Source: Candidatus Marinacidobacterium sp.
GTDB taxonomy: Bacteria > Acidobacteriota > Vicinamibacteria > Marinacidobacterales > Marinacidobacteraceae
Assembly (NCBI GenBank): GCA_965204755.1
Contig: OZ242011.1
Coordinates: 1,152,001 to 1,216,000 of the forward strand
Length of the DNA: 64,000 bases
Direction: 5' to 3'
Under the pieces are notes generated by a model that was given only the letters and a program-made list of their open reading frames with translations, did no database searches and had not been told where the DNA came from. Made by a program: the position numbers and the translations under genes. Shown one piece after another: positions 39,505-48,845 of this stretch. Position 1 is the stretch's first letter, and each line of letters starts with the position of its first letter.

Positions 39505-40464
39505 TCAGCGGATGAAGCGATCCTGCTGGAAGATCGTCATCACCGCGTCCTCGAACGGTTTGCCGGTGTTGGCGAGCGAATAGCCGAAACCGTACCGGGA
39601 GCAGTACTCGGTGATTTCCCGGCGGTGCTCCTCGAGCGCTTCCGTGTAGCGGGTCAACAAGCGGGGAGTCACCCGGACGCGGCGCTCCGAACCGTCCTCG
39701 GAGTCGGTGAGCAGCGCTTCGTCGGGGAGGGTGGGATCGAGTTCCTCCGGAGAGAGCACCTGCGCCACGAACAGGTCGTGCTTCTGGTACCTGCAGGCGT
39801 CGAACGCGGTGAGCAGGTCGTCGCCGTCCATCAGGTCGGACAGGACGACCGCGAGGCCGCGCTTCCGCCGGGAACCGAAGTACGCCCGGAAACAGGCGGC
39901 GAGCGAAGTCTCTCCGCCGGCTTTCCCGGCGTCGAGGAAGCGGAACGCCCGGAAGATCTGGTTCCGGCCGCGCTTCGCCGGCATGAGTTCCCCGACCCGC
40001 CCGTCGTACCAGACGATGGAGACCAGGTCGTGGTTCATGAGCCCGATGTAGGCGAGGGCGCCGGCCATCTTCCGGGCGAAGTCGAACTTGGTCGGATCGC
40101 CGAACGCCATCGAGGCGCTCCGGTCCACGAAGAGATAGACCGGGAGGTCCGCTTCTTCGTCGAAAACGCGAAGCACCAACTTGTCGAGGCGGAGGAACGC
40201 CTTCCAGTCCACATCGCGGGTGTCGTCGCCGTCCACATAGGGGCGGTAGTCCGCGAGTTCGATGCCCGAACCGCGCTTCCTCGCCCGGTGTTCGCCGCGG
40301 TGGCGCGACGGCAGCATCCGCGTCGCCATGAGTTTCAGGTACTCGAGCCGCTCCATGAAGTCGGCGTCGAACAGCGTCTCCCCCGAAGCGCCGGGCTCGT
40401 TGGCCCGGGTCGGCGGCGTCCTCCGGCCCGGCCCGGAGCCGGCGCCGCGGAGCGCCTCAGCCAC
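39505..40464 (-). CDS. DUF58 domain protein
   Basis: ELADYRPYVDGDDTRDVDWK, DRSASM, VLSDL. Confidence 0.92.
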   Translation of the reverse strand: MAEALRGAGSGPGRRTPPTRANEPGASGETLFDADFMERLEYLKLMATRMLPSRHRGEHRARKRGSGIELADYRPYVDGDDTRDVDWKAFLRLDKLVLRVFDEEADLPVYLFVDRSASMAFGDPTKFDFARKMAGALAYIGLMNHDLVSIVWYDGRVGELMPAKRGRNQIFRAFRFLDAGKAGGETSLAACFRAYFGSRRKRGLAVVLSDLMDGDDLLTAFDACRYQKHDLFVAQVLSPEELDPTLPDEALLTDSEDGSERRVRVTPRLLTRYTEALEEHRREITEYCSRYGFGYSLANTGKPFEDAVMTIFQQDRFIR

Positions 40465-40509
40465 GGCGGCCTCGACCTCCGGCGGACCGACCGACGGAAG
40501 GGCCGCGGG

Positions 40510-41556
40510 TCAGGCGCCCGGAGGCGCGATGGACTCCACGATCTCCTTCAGGATGTCGTCGGTGTCCACCTTGTCCGCCTCGCCCTCGAAGTTGAGCAGC
40601 AGGCGGTGGCGCAGCGTGGGGAGCACGCTCCCGCGAATGTCCTCGGCGGCCACATGCGCCCGGCCGGCGAGCAGCGCCCGCACCTTGCCGGAGAGCACCA
40701 GCGCCTGCGTGCCGCGCGGGCTCGCGCCGAACTTGACATAGCGGTTGGTGAGGGTGTGGGCGTACTTCGAGCCGGGATGCGTGCCCATGGTGAGCCGGAT
40801 CGCATACTCCTGCACCGGGCCGGCGACCGGCACGGAAAGCACGGTATGGCGCATGTCGAGGACTTCGCCGCGGTCCACCACCGCTTCCGCTTTCGGTTCC
40901 TCCACCGTGGTGGTGCGTTCCACGATCTCGCCCAACTCCTCCTCGTCGGGATACCCGATGCGGAGTTTCATCAGGAACCGGTCCATCTGGGCTTCCGGGA
41001 GCGGGTAGGTGCCTTCGAGTTCGATGGGGTTCTGCGTCGCCATCACGAAGAAGGGTTCTTCGAGCCGGTAGGTGGTGTTCCCGACGGAGACGCTCTTCTC
41101 CTGCATCGCTTCGAGCAGCGCCGACTGCGACTTGGGCGTGGCGCGGTTCACTTCGTCGGCCAGCATCAGGTTGCAGAAGATCGGCCCCGGCTGGAAGTCG
41201 AGCACCTTCGCGCCGGTGTCGGTCTCGCGCACCACATTCGTGCCCACGATGTCGCCCGGCATCAGGTCCGGCGTGAACTGGATCCGGTTGAACTTGAGGT
41301 GCATCGCGTCGGCGAGCGTCTGGACGATCTTCGTCTTGCCGAGGCCGGGGATGCCTTCGAGGAGCACATGCCCGCGGGTGAGCAGGCAGGTGACGATCCC
41401 GCTGACCACTTCCCGGTTGCCCACGATGATCCGTCCGACTTCGGTCTGGACGCGTTCGTGGCGCTCCCGGAACTCCGCCATGCGGCGTTCGATCTCCTCC
41501 GGAGCGGCGGAGGCCGACGGCGGAGAGTCGGCGAGAGCGGTATCGGCAGGGGTCAT
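40510..41556 (-). CDS. MoxR-family AAA+ ATPase
   Basis: EGIPGLGKT, RIQFTPDLMP, LADEVNRA, ATQNPIELEGTYPLPEAQMDRF. Confidence 0.95.
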   Translation of the reverse strand: MTPADTALADSPPSASAAPEEIERRMAEFRERHERVQTEVGRIIVGNREVVSGIVTCLLTRGHVLLEGIPGLGKTKIVQTLADAMHLKFNRIQFTPDLMPGDIVGTNVVRETDTGAKVLDFQPGPIFCNLMLADEVNRATPKSQSALLEAMQEKSVSVGNTTYRLEEPFFVMATQNPIELEGTYPLPEAQMDRFLMKLRIGYPDEEELGEIVERTTTVEEPKAEAVVDRGEVLDMRHTVLSVPVAGPVQEYAIRLTMGTHPGSKYAHTLTNRYVKFGASPRGTQALVLSGKVRALLAGRAHVAAEDIRGSVLPTLRHRLLLNFEGEADKVDTDDILKEIVESIAPPGA

Positions 41557-43175
41557 GGGCGGCTTTCCGGTTCGGGGAGGGGTTCGGTGGAATCGGCGGG
41601 CGCGTTCGTCGGGCCTTCCGCGGCCACCCCGGCGCTTTCGGCGGCGTCGTCCGCCACCGCGGTCTCGCGGATCATGAGGAAGTAGGCGCGGACGAGCGGG
41701 CGCAGTCCGGCGGGTATCGGCCGCGCGCGCGAGACCGCTTCGTCCTCGTACTCGGACAGCGGACGCACTTCGTCGTATTCCACGCTCGCGTCCTCGCGCC
41801 GGCTCTGCCGTTCGATCATCTGCTCCGGAACCGGTTCTTCTTCGAGCGGCGCGGGAATGGCTTCGAGTTCGAGTTGCACTTCGAGACTGGTGACCGCTCC
41901 GAAGACTTCCGACTCGCCGCCGCCTCCGGGGCCGGTCATGTTGCCGGCGGGGCCGGCGTCCATGGGCATCGGAGCGCCCATCTGCCCTTCGGCGGAGACC
42001 ATCTGGACCTGGCCGGACATCCCGGCGGCGCCCTGCGGCATCCCGGCGGCGGGTTCGCCGCCTTCCCCGGCCTGCGGCTGGCCGCCGCCCTCGCCGTCAC
42101 CGGGAAACGGCATTTGCTGCGCCTGTCCGTCGCCGGGCGCGCTCCCCTGCTGGCCGTCCGCGCCCTGCATGTTCTCCGCGAGTTGCTGGAGGGCCTCCTC
42201 CGGGCTCATCCCGGACTCCATCAACCCCATCATCTCGGCGGCGGCGGCTGCGTCGGCGTCGGCCCCGGCGCCGAGGGACTCGAGCAGTTCGCGCAGTTCC
42301 TCGGGGCTCGAGGCGGCGCGCATCGCTTCGGTGAGTTCGTCGAGCCATTCGGACGCGGTGAGCCCGTCGGCAGAGTCCATCGCCTCGGCCAGCCCGGCGA
42401 GGGCGGCGGTGACTTCTTCGTTCGTCTCCGTGAAAGCGCGCTCCTCCATCGCCTCCGCGAGCGCCGCCCGGAGCGCCTCGGCGTCGCCGCCGGCCTCGGG
42501 CAGCGGGAGTTCCCCGGCCCGGAGTTCCGCGAGCACCTCCTCCGGCGAACGGGCCTCGAGGCGGGCGTCCTCCGGGTCCTCGCCGCGCTCTTCACCGGCC
42601 GGCGATCCGTCGGGGCCGGCGGCCGAGTCCGAGAAACCGCCGGCGAGGCGGGCGCGCAGCGCGTCCGAGAGCAGCGGCCCGTCGATGAGCGGGAGACCGA
42701 CCAGCAGGACGCCGAAGGTGGCCGCGGCCGCGAGGGTCCGGCGGGGGGCCGCCACCGGAGCCAGGGCCTTCGGGTCGAGTTCGTCGGCGCGGCGGCGGGC
42801 GCGGGCGACCTGGTAGGCCTCCCAGCCGGCTTCGGCCTCCGCCGGCGGCCCGGCGTCCCCTCCCGCGCGGGAGGCGAACCACTGCGCGGAGCCGAGTTCG
42901 TCCGAGAGTTCACCGCCGCGGTCGCCCGCCGCCGCCGCCCGGGCCAGGTCGGACGGGCGGCGGCGGAAGTAGCGGACGCCGACGGCCGCGGCGCCCGACA
43001 GCAGGACTCCCGCGACCAGCGCCGGGACGGCTTCGCCGGCGAGGCGCGGCGCGAGCAGCGCGACCCCCGCGGCGGCGAACAGCCACGCCAGGTCGCGGAG
43101 CAGGCGGTCGGCGCGGAGGCGGCGATCCAGCGCCCGGACGAGCGGGTGGAAGGGCGTCGGGCGCGAGCGGCTCAA
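41553..43175 (-). CDS. Hypothetical membrane protein with acidic Gln/Gly-rich coiled tail (MoxR operon)
   Basis: Three N-terminal TM segments, low-complexity C-terminus; overlaps the moxR start. Confidence 0.7.
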   Translation of the reverse strand: MSRSRPTPFHPLVRALDRRLRADRLLRDLAWLFAAAGVALLAPRLAGEAVPALVAGVLLSGAAAVGVRYFRRRPSDLARAAAAGDRGGELSDELGSAQWFASRAGGDAGPPAEAEAGWEAYQVARARRRADELDPKALAPVAAPRRTLAAAATFGVLLVGLPLIDGPLLSDALRARLAGGFSDSAAGPDGSPAGEERGEDPEDARLEARSPEEVLAELRAGELPLPEAGGDAEALRAALAEAMEERAFTETNEEVTAALAGLAEAMDSADGLTASEWLDELTEAMRAASSPEELRELLESLGAGADADAAAAAEMMGLMESGMSPEEALQQLAENMQGADGQQGSAPGDGQAQQMPFPGDGEGGGQPQAGEGGEPAAGMPQGAAGMSGQVQMVSAEGQMGAPMPMDAGPAGNMTGPGGGGESEVFGAVTSLEVQLELEAIPAPLEEEPVPEQMIERQSRREDASVEYDEVRPLSEYEDEAVSRARPIPAGLRPLVRAYFLMIRETAVADDAAESAGVAAEGPTNAPADSTEPLPEPESRP

Positions 43176-43283
43176 GGGAAAACCCGCCGGCGCGCCCCGC
43201 GGAGCGGCGAACGCGGCAGAATTCGCTGATTCTACCCGGCCGGGGTGGCCGGTGTCATTCGCGCCTTCGGCGGCGCGGCCGCC

Positions 43284-44378
43284 TCAGCCGGCGTGGGCGC
43301 CGGTTCCGAAGCGGACGCAGTAGATCGGGGGGAGGTCGGCGGTGACCAGTTCCCAACCGTCGCCGAAGTCCTCGGAGATCCAGAGCGCGCCGGTCGTCGT
43401 GGCGAGCGCGAGCACCCCCTGCTCCTCCGGGTGGACTTCGAGGCCGTGGCGGTACACCACCGCGAAACTGTTCTCCGCGGGGAGGCCGCGGCCGACGCCC
43501 TCCCAACTCTCGCCGCCGTCGCGCGTCCGGGCGACGACCATCCGGCCGTCCACCGGCACCCGGCACTCGTCCTTCACCAGCGGCGCGCTCCAGGCGGTGT
43601 CCGGGTCGCCGGGATCGGCCGCGACCGCGAAGCCGAAGGCCGACGGCGGCACCGCGAGGCTTGTCCAGGTCGCGCCGCCGTCGTCCGAGCGGAAGAAGCC
43701 GTTGTGGTGCTGGCACCAGATCCGCCGCCGGTCCGCGGCGCACCAGGCCAGCCGGTGCGGGTCCTGGATCGCCGGATCCTCGCGCCGGGCCTCCGGCATG
43801 TACTCGGCGAACATCCCTTCGGTGGTCACCCGCCAGGAGGCGCCGGCGTCCTCGCTGGTCCAGACGCCGCCGCAGGAGATCCCCGCCACGACCCGCCGGC
43901 CGTCCGGTTCGACCAGCACCGAGTGGATGCCCGGGTGGGGATAGCCGCCGCCGAACCAGCGCTCGCGGCTCGGCTGGTCCCAGAGCGCGCGGTTCAACTC
44001 CCAGGAGCGGCCGCCGTCGTCGGAGCGGAAGAGCCCGCCGGGGATCGTCCCGATGTAGAGCGACCCCGGTTCCGGCCCGGCCGGCTCCACGCACCAGAGC
44101 AGGTCCACCGAGGGCGCTTCCGCGGCATCCTCTCCTTCCGCTTCGGGGAAGGCCGGCGCCGCGAGTTCCTCGAAGGACCGCCCACCGTCCTCCGAGACCC
44201 GGAGTTTCACCCCGAAGTGCCCCAGGTCCATAGCGGCGTAGAGGCGGTTGCCGCGGGGGTCGGGGAGCAACTGGCTCACCGGGTCCCCGACGAAGGCGGA
44301 GCGGTCGAGCCGCCAGTCGCCGCGGGCGGCGCGACTAAACGCCAGGTAGCCCTTGCGGGTGCCGAGATGGAGCCGCAC
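43284..44378 (-). CDS. BNR/Asp-box beta-propeller (sialidase-like) protein
   Basis: GTRKG N-terminus, multiple SxDGGxSW Asp-boxes, WCQHHNG, SAFGFAV. Confidence 0.85.
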   Translation of the reverse strand: MRLHLGTRKGYLAFSRAARGDWRLDRSAFVGDPVSQLLPDPRGNRLYAAMDLGHFGVKLRVSEDGGRSFEELAAPAFPEAEGEDAAEAPSVDLLWCVEPAGPEPGSLYIGTIPGGLFRSDDGGRSWELNRALWDQPSRERWFGGGYPHPGIHSVLVEPDGRRVVAGISCGGVWTSEDAGASWRVTTEGMFAEYMPEARREDPAIQDPHRLAWCAADRRRIWCQHHNGFFRSDDGGATWTSLAVPPSAFGFAVAADPGDPDTAWSAPLVKDECRVPVDGRMVVARTRDGGESWEGVGRGLPAENSFAVVYRHGLEVHPEEQGVLALATTTGALWISEDFGDGWELVTADLPPIYCVRFGTGAHAG

Positions 44379-44385
44379 GCGCCGG

Positions 44386-44655
44386 TCAGCCGCCGGAGAG
44401 GGCCTGCATCACATGGATCTCCGCGCCCGGCTCCACCGGGTCGGCGAGCCGGAGCCGGTCCTTGAGCGGCGAGCCGTCCACATAGACGGTGACATGCGCG
44501 CGGACGCGCCCCTGGTCGTCGAGCAGGTAGGAGCGCAGCGACGGGTTCTCGGCGAAGACGGCGGCGAGCGCTTCGGCAACGGTCCCGGCAGCCACTTCGG
44601 CGGTCTCTACGGCGAGATGCCGCCGAAGGTTCGGGGTGAAGCGGACCCGGGGCAC
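44386..44655 (-). CDS. MoaD/ThiS ubiquitin-like protein
   Basis: 89 aa beta-grasp protein ending ALSGG. Confidence 0.9.
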   Translation of the reverse strand: MPRVRFTPNLRRHLAVETAEVAAGTVAEALAAVFAENPSLRSYLLDDQGRVRAHVTVYVDGSPLKDRLRLADPVEPGAEIHVMQALSGG

Positions 44656-44684
44656 CCGCTATCCCCTCGCGGCGGTTTTCGGGA

Positions 44685-46004
44685 TCAGCGAGCGGCCAGC
44701 CGGCCTCGGAGGGCCGCCGAGAACCGGACGAGCGCGCTCTGGATGCGCCGCTGGTTCTCCGGCCCGAAGCGGAGGAGGTGCTTCGAGGCCTCGTCCAGCC
44801 CTTCGAGCGCGGGATCCCGGTATTCGTAGCGGAGCGTCTGTTCGCGGACGAGGATGGGCGGCTCGGGGACCGGCACATCGGTCAGCCGGGACACCGCTTG
44901 GTCCAGCGCTTCGCGGAAACTGCGGTCGGTGCGGCCGAGTTCGGCGTACGCGCTCTCGAGCAGCGGGAGGACGCGGACGACCGCCTCGGCCACCCGCGCC
45001 ATGTTCGCGTCGCCGATCGCCGCGGCGAGGGAGTCGTAGCGGGCGAAGGATGCGGGGTCCACCTGCAGGTCGTCGCCCTCGCCGGTCGCCCGGAACTCGT
45101 CCACCGGCATGAACGCCCGGAGCGCCCGGCGCGGGCTCACCCCGTCCGCCACATTGTCCACCGCGATCGCCAGGTGGCGGGCGATGTCCTCGCCGAGCAG
45201 GAAGGCGAGGATCTCCGGGTTCGAGGTGAGCGCGGAGAGGAGGTCCCGAAGGAAAGCGTCGCTGTCGTCGAGCGCCGGGAGCGGGGGCGTGTCCGGCTCG
45301 ACAGTCGTCTCCGGCTCGGGCGCCTCGACGACTTCTTCGGCGTCCGGTTCCGGCGGCGCGGCGTCCCGGTTCAGCCACCACCAGGCGCCGGCGGCGGCGA
45401 GCACCAGGATGCCGAGCGTGATGGCGATGACCTTGCCCTTGCTCGGCCCGCCGCCGCCGTCGTCCGACGGTGAGCGCCGCAACTGCCCCCACTCGTCCTC
45501 GACCGGCCCGTCGTCGCTGTCCCTCGGGGGCGGGGAGGACGGCTTGGCGCCGCCGGCGCCGGGGCCGAACGCCGCCCCGGCCGCCCCGAACGCCGCCCCG
45601 GCGGCCGCCCCGAACGCCGCCCCGGCGGCCGCGCTGTCCGGCGCCGGGGGTTGGCGGCTTCCCCCGTCGGCCGGCGGGCTCGGCTGGGCGGCGGGCGGCG
45701 GCACGACCACGACGGACGGCGGGGGCGCCGGGGCGACCGGAGGCGGCGTCGCCGCGGGCGGCGGGGCGGCCGGCGGGACGCCTCCGGCCGGGGCCGCGGC
45801 GGCGGGCGCTGACGGCGGCGGGACGCCGGGAGGCGGCGCGGCAGGGGAAGGCCGCGCGGCAGGGGCAGACGGCGCCGGCGGCGGGACGACCGGGGGCGGC
45901 GATGCGGGGGCCGCGCCGGGGACACCCGGCCCTCCCGGAGGCCCGACGGGCGAGGCCGGGCGCGGCTTCGGCGCGGGCCGGGGGATCAGCCGTTCCTCGT
46001 CCAC
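44685..46004 (-). CDS. DUF3014-like membrane-anchored protein with Pro/Ala-rich N-terminus
   Basis: TM helix then LPALDDSD, FARYD, AYAELG, YEYRDPALEGL..ASKHLLRFGPEN; start approximate. Confidence 0.75.
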   Translation of the reverse strand: MDEERLIPRPAPKPRPASPVGPPGGPGVPGAAPASPPPVVPPPAPSAPAARPSPAAPPPGVPPPSAPAAAAPAGGVPPAAPPPAATPPPVAPAPPPSVVVVPPPAAQPSPPADGGSRQPPAPDSAAAGAAFGAAAGAAFGAAGAAFGPGAGGAKPSSPPPRDSDDGPVEDEWGQLRRSPSDDGGGGPSKGKVIAITLGILVLAAAGAWWWLNRDAAPPEPDAEEVVEAPEPETTVEPDTPPLPALDDSDAFLRDLLSALTSNPEILAFLLGEDIARHLAIAVDNVADGVSPRRALRAFMPVDEFRATGEGDDLQVDPASFARYDSLAAAIGDANMARVAEAVVRVLPLLESAYAELGRTDRSFREALDQAVSRLTDVPVPEPPILVREQTLRYEYRDPALEGLDEASKHLLRFGPENQRRIQSALVRFSAALRGRLAAR

Positions 46005-46270
46005 CGTGTCGCGCCGCCGCCGAACGATGATAACCCTTCCGCCCCCCGCGGCCCCCGGCCCGGCGCCTTCCCGCGCCCGGCCACCCGCCCGGCTCGCGCA
46101 CCCGCCGACCGGCGCCGATCGGCAACCGACTTCACGGGCAGCGGTCGTTCTGCCGAATCGTCCGGATACCCGGAACCTCGGCCGCCTGCCACCCTCGCTC
46201 ACTTTCAGAAACGCTGTTCGTTCCGCGCCGTTCGATTCCGGGCAAACGACTGCTGGCGCAGCCCCTCTCC

Positions 46271-46800
46271 GTGACGGGCTGCATCGAGCGGATCGGAACC
46301 GGACCCGTGGACATGATCCGCCGGTGCACCGAGGCCGGGCTACGGAAACCGGAGTTCGCCATCGCCGACGCCTTCGTCACAACGGTATACCGCCCCGCGG
46401 CCGAACGACTCGAGTTCGGCCGGGTGACCACGAGAGACGGCGAGAACGCAGGGAGGAACCGAGCCGGGGTCCAAGTTGCGAGACAGGGGGTCCAAGCGGG
46501 GGTCCAAGTAGGGGTCCAAGTGGGGGTCCAGGTCGGAGAATCGGCGAGCGCGGATCCGGGCGAGGTGGCTTGCGATTCGAGCGCGACCAGTGGCGCCGGA
46601 AGACCGGAACGCCGGGAAGCCCAAGACAAGAAAGGCCTCGACACACGGAACCGGCGAGCGGCCGAGGCAGCCCCGACCAAGTGTCGAGAAGGCAGCCGCT
46701 CGGGGGTCCAAGTGGGGGTCCAAGTTGGGGGTCCAAGTTGGGGGTCCAAGTTGAGCGCCAGGGGGTCCGAGTGGGGTCAAAGTCTCACTGGACTCGAGGG
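46271..46800 (+). pseudogene. Fragment of RecG-C/HATPase_c_4-type protein with GVQV repeat linker
   Basis: IERIGTGPVDMIRRCTEAGLRKPEF...TTVYRP motif without the upstream domains; repeat region partly out of frame. Confidence 0.55.
46466..46783 (+). repeat. Two clusters of 12-13 bp GGGGTCCAAGT(T) repeats
   Basis: Five copies at 46466-46533 and about six at 46702-46783. Confidence 0.85.
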
Positions 46801-46925
46801 ACTCTGCGATGCCGGAAACATGTGTCGCCGCACCGGCTTCCAGCCGGGAACTTCAGACGGCTTCGGGCTCCCCGAGCCGCGGGCGGCTCTTTCGACAGCG
46901 GCTTCGGCGCCTCCCCGGCGAACAA

Positions 46926-47420
46926 CTGAACGGCATCGCCGTCGCCGTGTTGGAGTCGAAGCGCTCGACCGTATCCGTCGGTGAAGGCATCCGTCAGGAC
47001 ATCGACAACCAGAAACCGCAGTTCATCCAGTCGTCTCTTCCACGATCCAGTTGCTGTCGCCGGAAACGAGGCCCGGGGCTCGCGCTACGCCGCGATCGAA
47101 ACCCCGCAAAAACTGGCTGCGTTGAAAGGAGATCGAAGCACACCCGCAAGCCGGCGACAACCCGCTCTTCCGCGAACTCGCCAACTCTGCGCCGAGGACC
47201 GGCTCCTCGAACTCATCCACGACTTCACGGCCTTCGACGGCTATATCCGAAAGAAGAAACCCCTGTCCTGCCTCGATTACATCCTCGTCCACGAAATGGT
47301 CCATCTCCTGGAACGCCATCACAACGATCGCTTTCGCACCCACCTGGCGCGGGTCAGGCCCACTCGGCGACTTCACCGAGACGAACTCGACCAAACCCCG
47401 CCGGCCCACGATGACCGGGG
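46926..47420 (+). pseudogene. Collapsed remnant of a second type I R-M locus (hsdR fragment fused to M48/YgjP fragment)
   Basis: LNGIAVAVLESKRSTVSVGEGIRQDIDNQK, AGNEARG.RYAAIETP and RLLELIHDF (HsdR, with frameshifts) joined directly to KKPLSCLDYILVHEMVHLLERHHNDRF. Confidence 0.75.
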
Positions 47421-47453
47421 CTACGGCGTGCTCGCGTCGAGCAGGTATTTCAC
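47421..47453 (-). pseudogene. Truncated VapC/PIN toxin stub
   Basis: GTG coupled to the antitoxin stop, reading VKYLLDASTP* (PIN N-terminal KYLLD motif). Confidence 0.55.
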
Positions 47454-47704
47454 GAGGCGGACGGCCCCTTCCTGGTCCGGTTCGCCACGATGGCCCGGGT
47501 CATCTCATCGATGAGTTCATGGCTGCGGGTGTCCGCCCGCGCGGCCTCGAGCATCTCGACGAAGTCGGCGCCCCACTCGGTGTCCGTCGCCGGACTGCGT
47601 TCGAGAGCGCGAACGATGCAGCGGTTCCGGCTCATGTCGAGGTCGCGGGCCCGGCGGTCCACGGACTGGAGGAGGTCTTCGGGAAGATGGACGGTCGTAG
47701 GCAT
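47450..47704 (-). CDS. CopG/ribbon-helix-helix antitoxin-like protein
   Basis: MPTTVHLPEDLLQSVDRRARDLDMSRNRCIVRALE RHH pattern. Confidence 0.75.
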   Translation of the reverse strand: MPTTVHLPEDLLQSVDRRARDLDMSRNRCIVRALERSPATDTEWGADFVEMLEAARADTRSHELIDEMTRAIVANRTRKGPSAS

Positions 47705-48162
47705 CGCGGATAGAGTAGAAATATAGTCGCCGCGATCGGCCGGCAAAGGGGATTCGGGCGGGCGGCGGAGAGAACTCTCGACCGGCTGCGCGTCCCGCGC
47801 CGTTCGATACCGGGCCATGCCCCGTTGGCGAGCGCCGTCTATCCCGCGGTGTGCCTCGAGCCGATAGGAACGGGAACCGCCGACCTGCGCCGCCGGCGCG
47901 CGGAGGCCGGGCACCGGAACCGGAGTTCGCCACCGCCGGCGGCTTCGCCACGACCGCGCGCGGTCCCGCTGCCGAATGAATCCGGCCCGGCGGCCGCGGA
48001 ACGACCGGGATCGCCGCGGGAACGAGGCCGGGGTCCAAGGTGGGCGCCGAGGGGCCGAGAGGGGTCCGAGTCGTGGGCCGGGGAGCCAAGAGGGGGTGTC
48101 CCCGGGAGCCCGAAGGCGCGCCGCGGGAAAGGGGGAGCGGCCCCGTATGATGGCCCGCGACG

Positions 48163-48342
48163 ATGCTGCGGCTGCGGAACCTGGCGATCGTGGTGCTGGC
48201 GGCGGCCGGGATCTACGCGGTGATCCCGAAGGCGCGGAAGGCGCGCTTCACCGGGAAAGTGCGCGAGTTCGGGAAGGCGCTGATCCTCTCGCTCGTCCTC
48301 TACTGGATCCTCATCGTGACCCGGGCGGCGCTCACCGACTGA
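48163..48342 (+). CDS. Small (59 aa) two-TM membrane protein, below the ORF-track cut-off
   Basis: MLRLRNLAIVVLAAAGIYAVIPKARKARFTGKVREFGKALILSLVLYWILIVTRAALTD; strong GC3 bias; TATGAT upstream at 48146. Confidence 0.65.
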   Translation: MLRLRNLAIVVLAAAGIYAVIPKARKARFTGKVREFGKALILSLVLYWILIVTRAALTD

Positions 48343-48374
48343 CCGCATCGCGCCCGGTATCCTTCCGGGCCGCC

Positions 48375-48815
48375 ATGGACTCGGAAGAGCGAACCGGGGA
48401 CGAACCGAAGGGCCTGTCCGAAGACGAGTTGCGGGAGCGGCTGACCCCCGGGCAGTTCGCGGTAACCCGCCGGGGAGCGACTGAGCCGCCGTTCACCGGC
48501 GAGCATTGCCGGACGAAGGCCCCCGGCGAGTACCGCTGCGTCTGTTGCGGGGCGCTGCTGTTCTCCTCGCGGGACAAGTACGACTCCGGGAGCGGCTGGC
48601 CGAGTTTCACGCGGCCGGCGGAGGGGGAAGCGGTCGCGACCAGGGGCGACGAAAGCCTCGGGATGGCGCGCACCGAAGCGGTCTGCCGGGAGTGCGGCGC
48701 CCACTTGGGGCATGTGTTCCCGGACGGGCCCCGGGAAGCCACCGGGGAGCGCTGGTGCATCAACTCGGCGGCGCTCGACTTCCGTCCGGCGGCGGGAGCG
48801 GACGGCGGCGACTGA
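48375..48815 (+). CDS. msrB: Peptide-methionine (R)-S-oxide reductase
   Basis: TEPPFTG, CVCCG, KYDSGSGWPSF, HLGHVFPDGP, RWCINSAAL. Confidence 0.95.
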   Translation: MDSEERTGDEPKGLSEDELRERLTPGQFAVTRRGATEPPFTGEHCRTKAPGEYRCVCCGALLFSSRDKYDSGSGWPSFTRPAEGEAVATRGDESLGMARTEAVCRECGAHLGHVFPDGPREATGERWCINSAALDFRPAAGADGGD

Positions 48816-48845
48816 CGCCGCCTCTCCCCGCGCGCCGGCGCCGTC

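Noticed and set aside
45480-46004. Pro/Ala/Gly low-complexity repeats in the DUF3014-like and MerR genes
   Set aside because: Ordinary disordered linkers typical of high-GC genomes.
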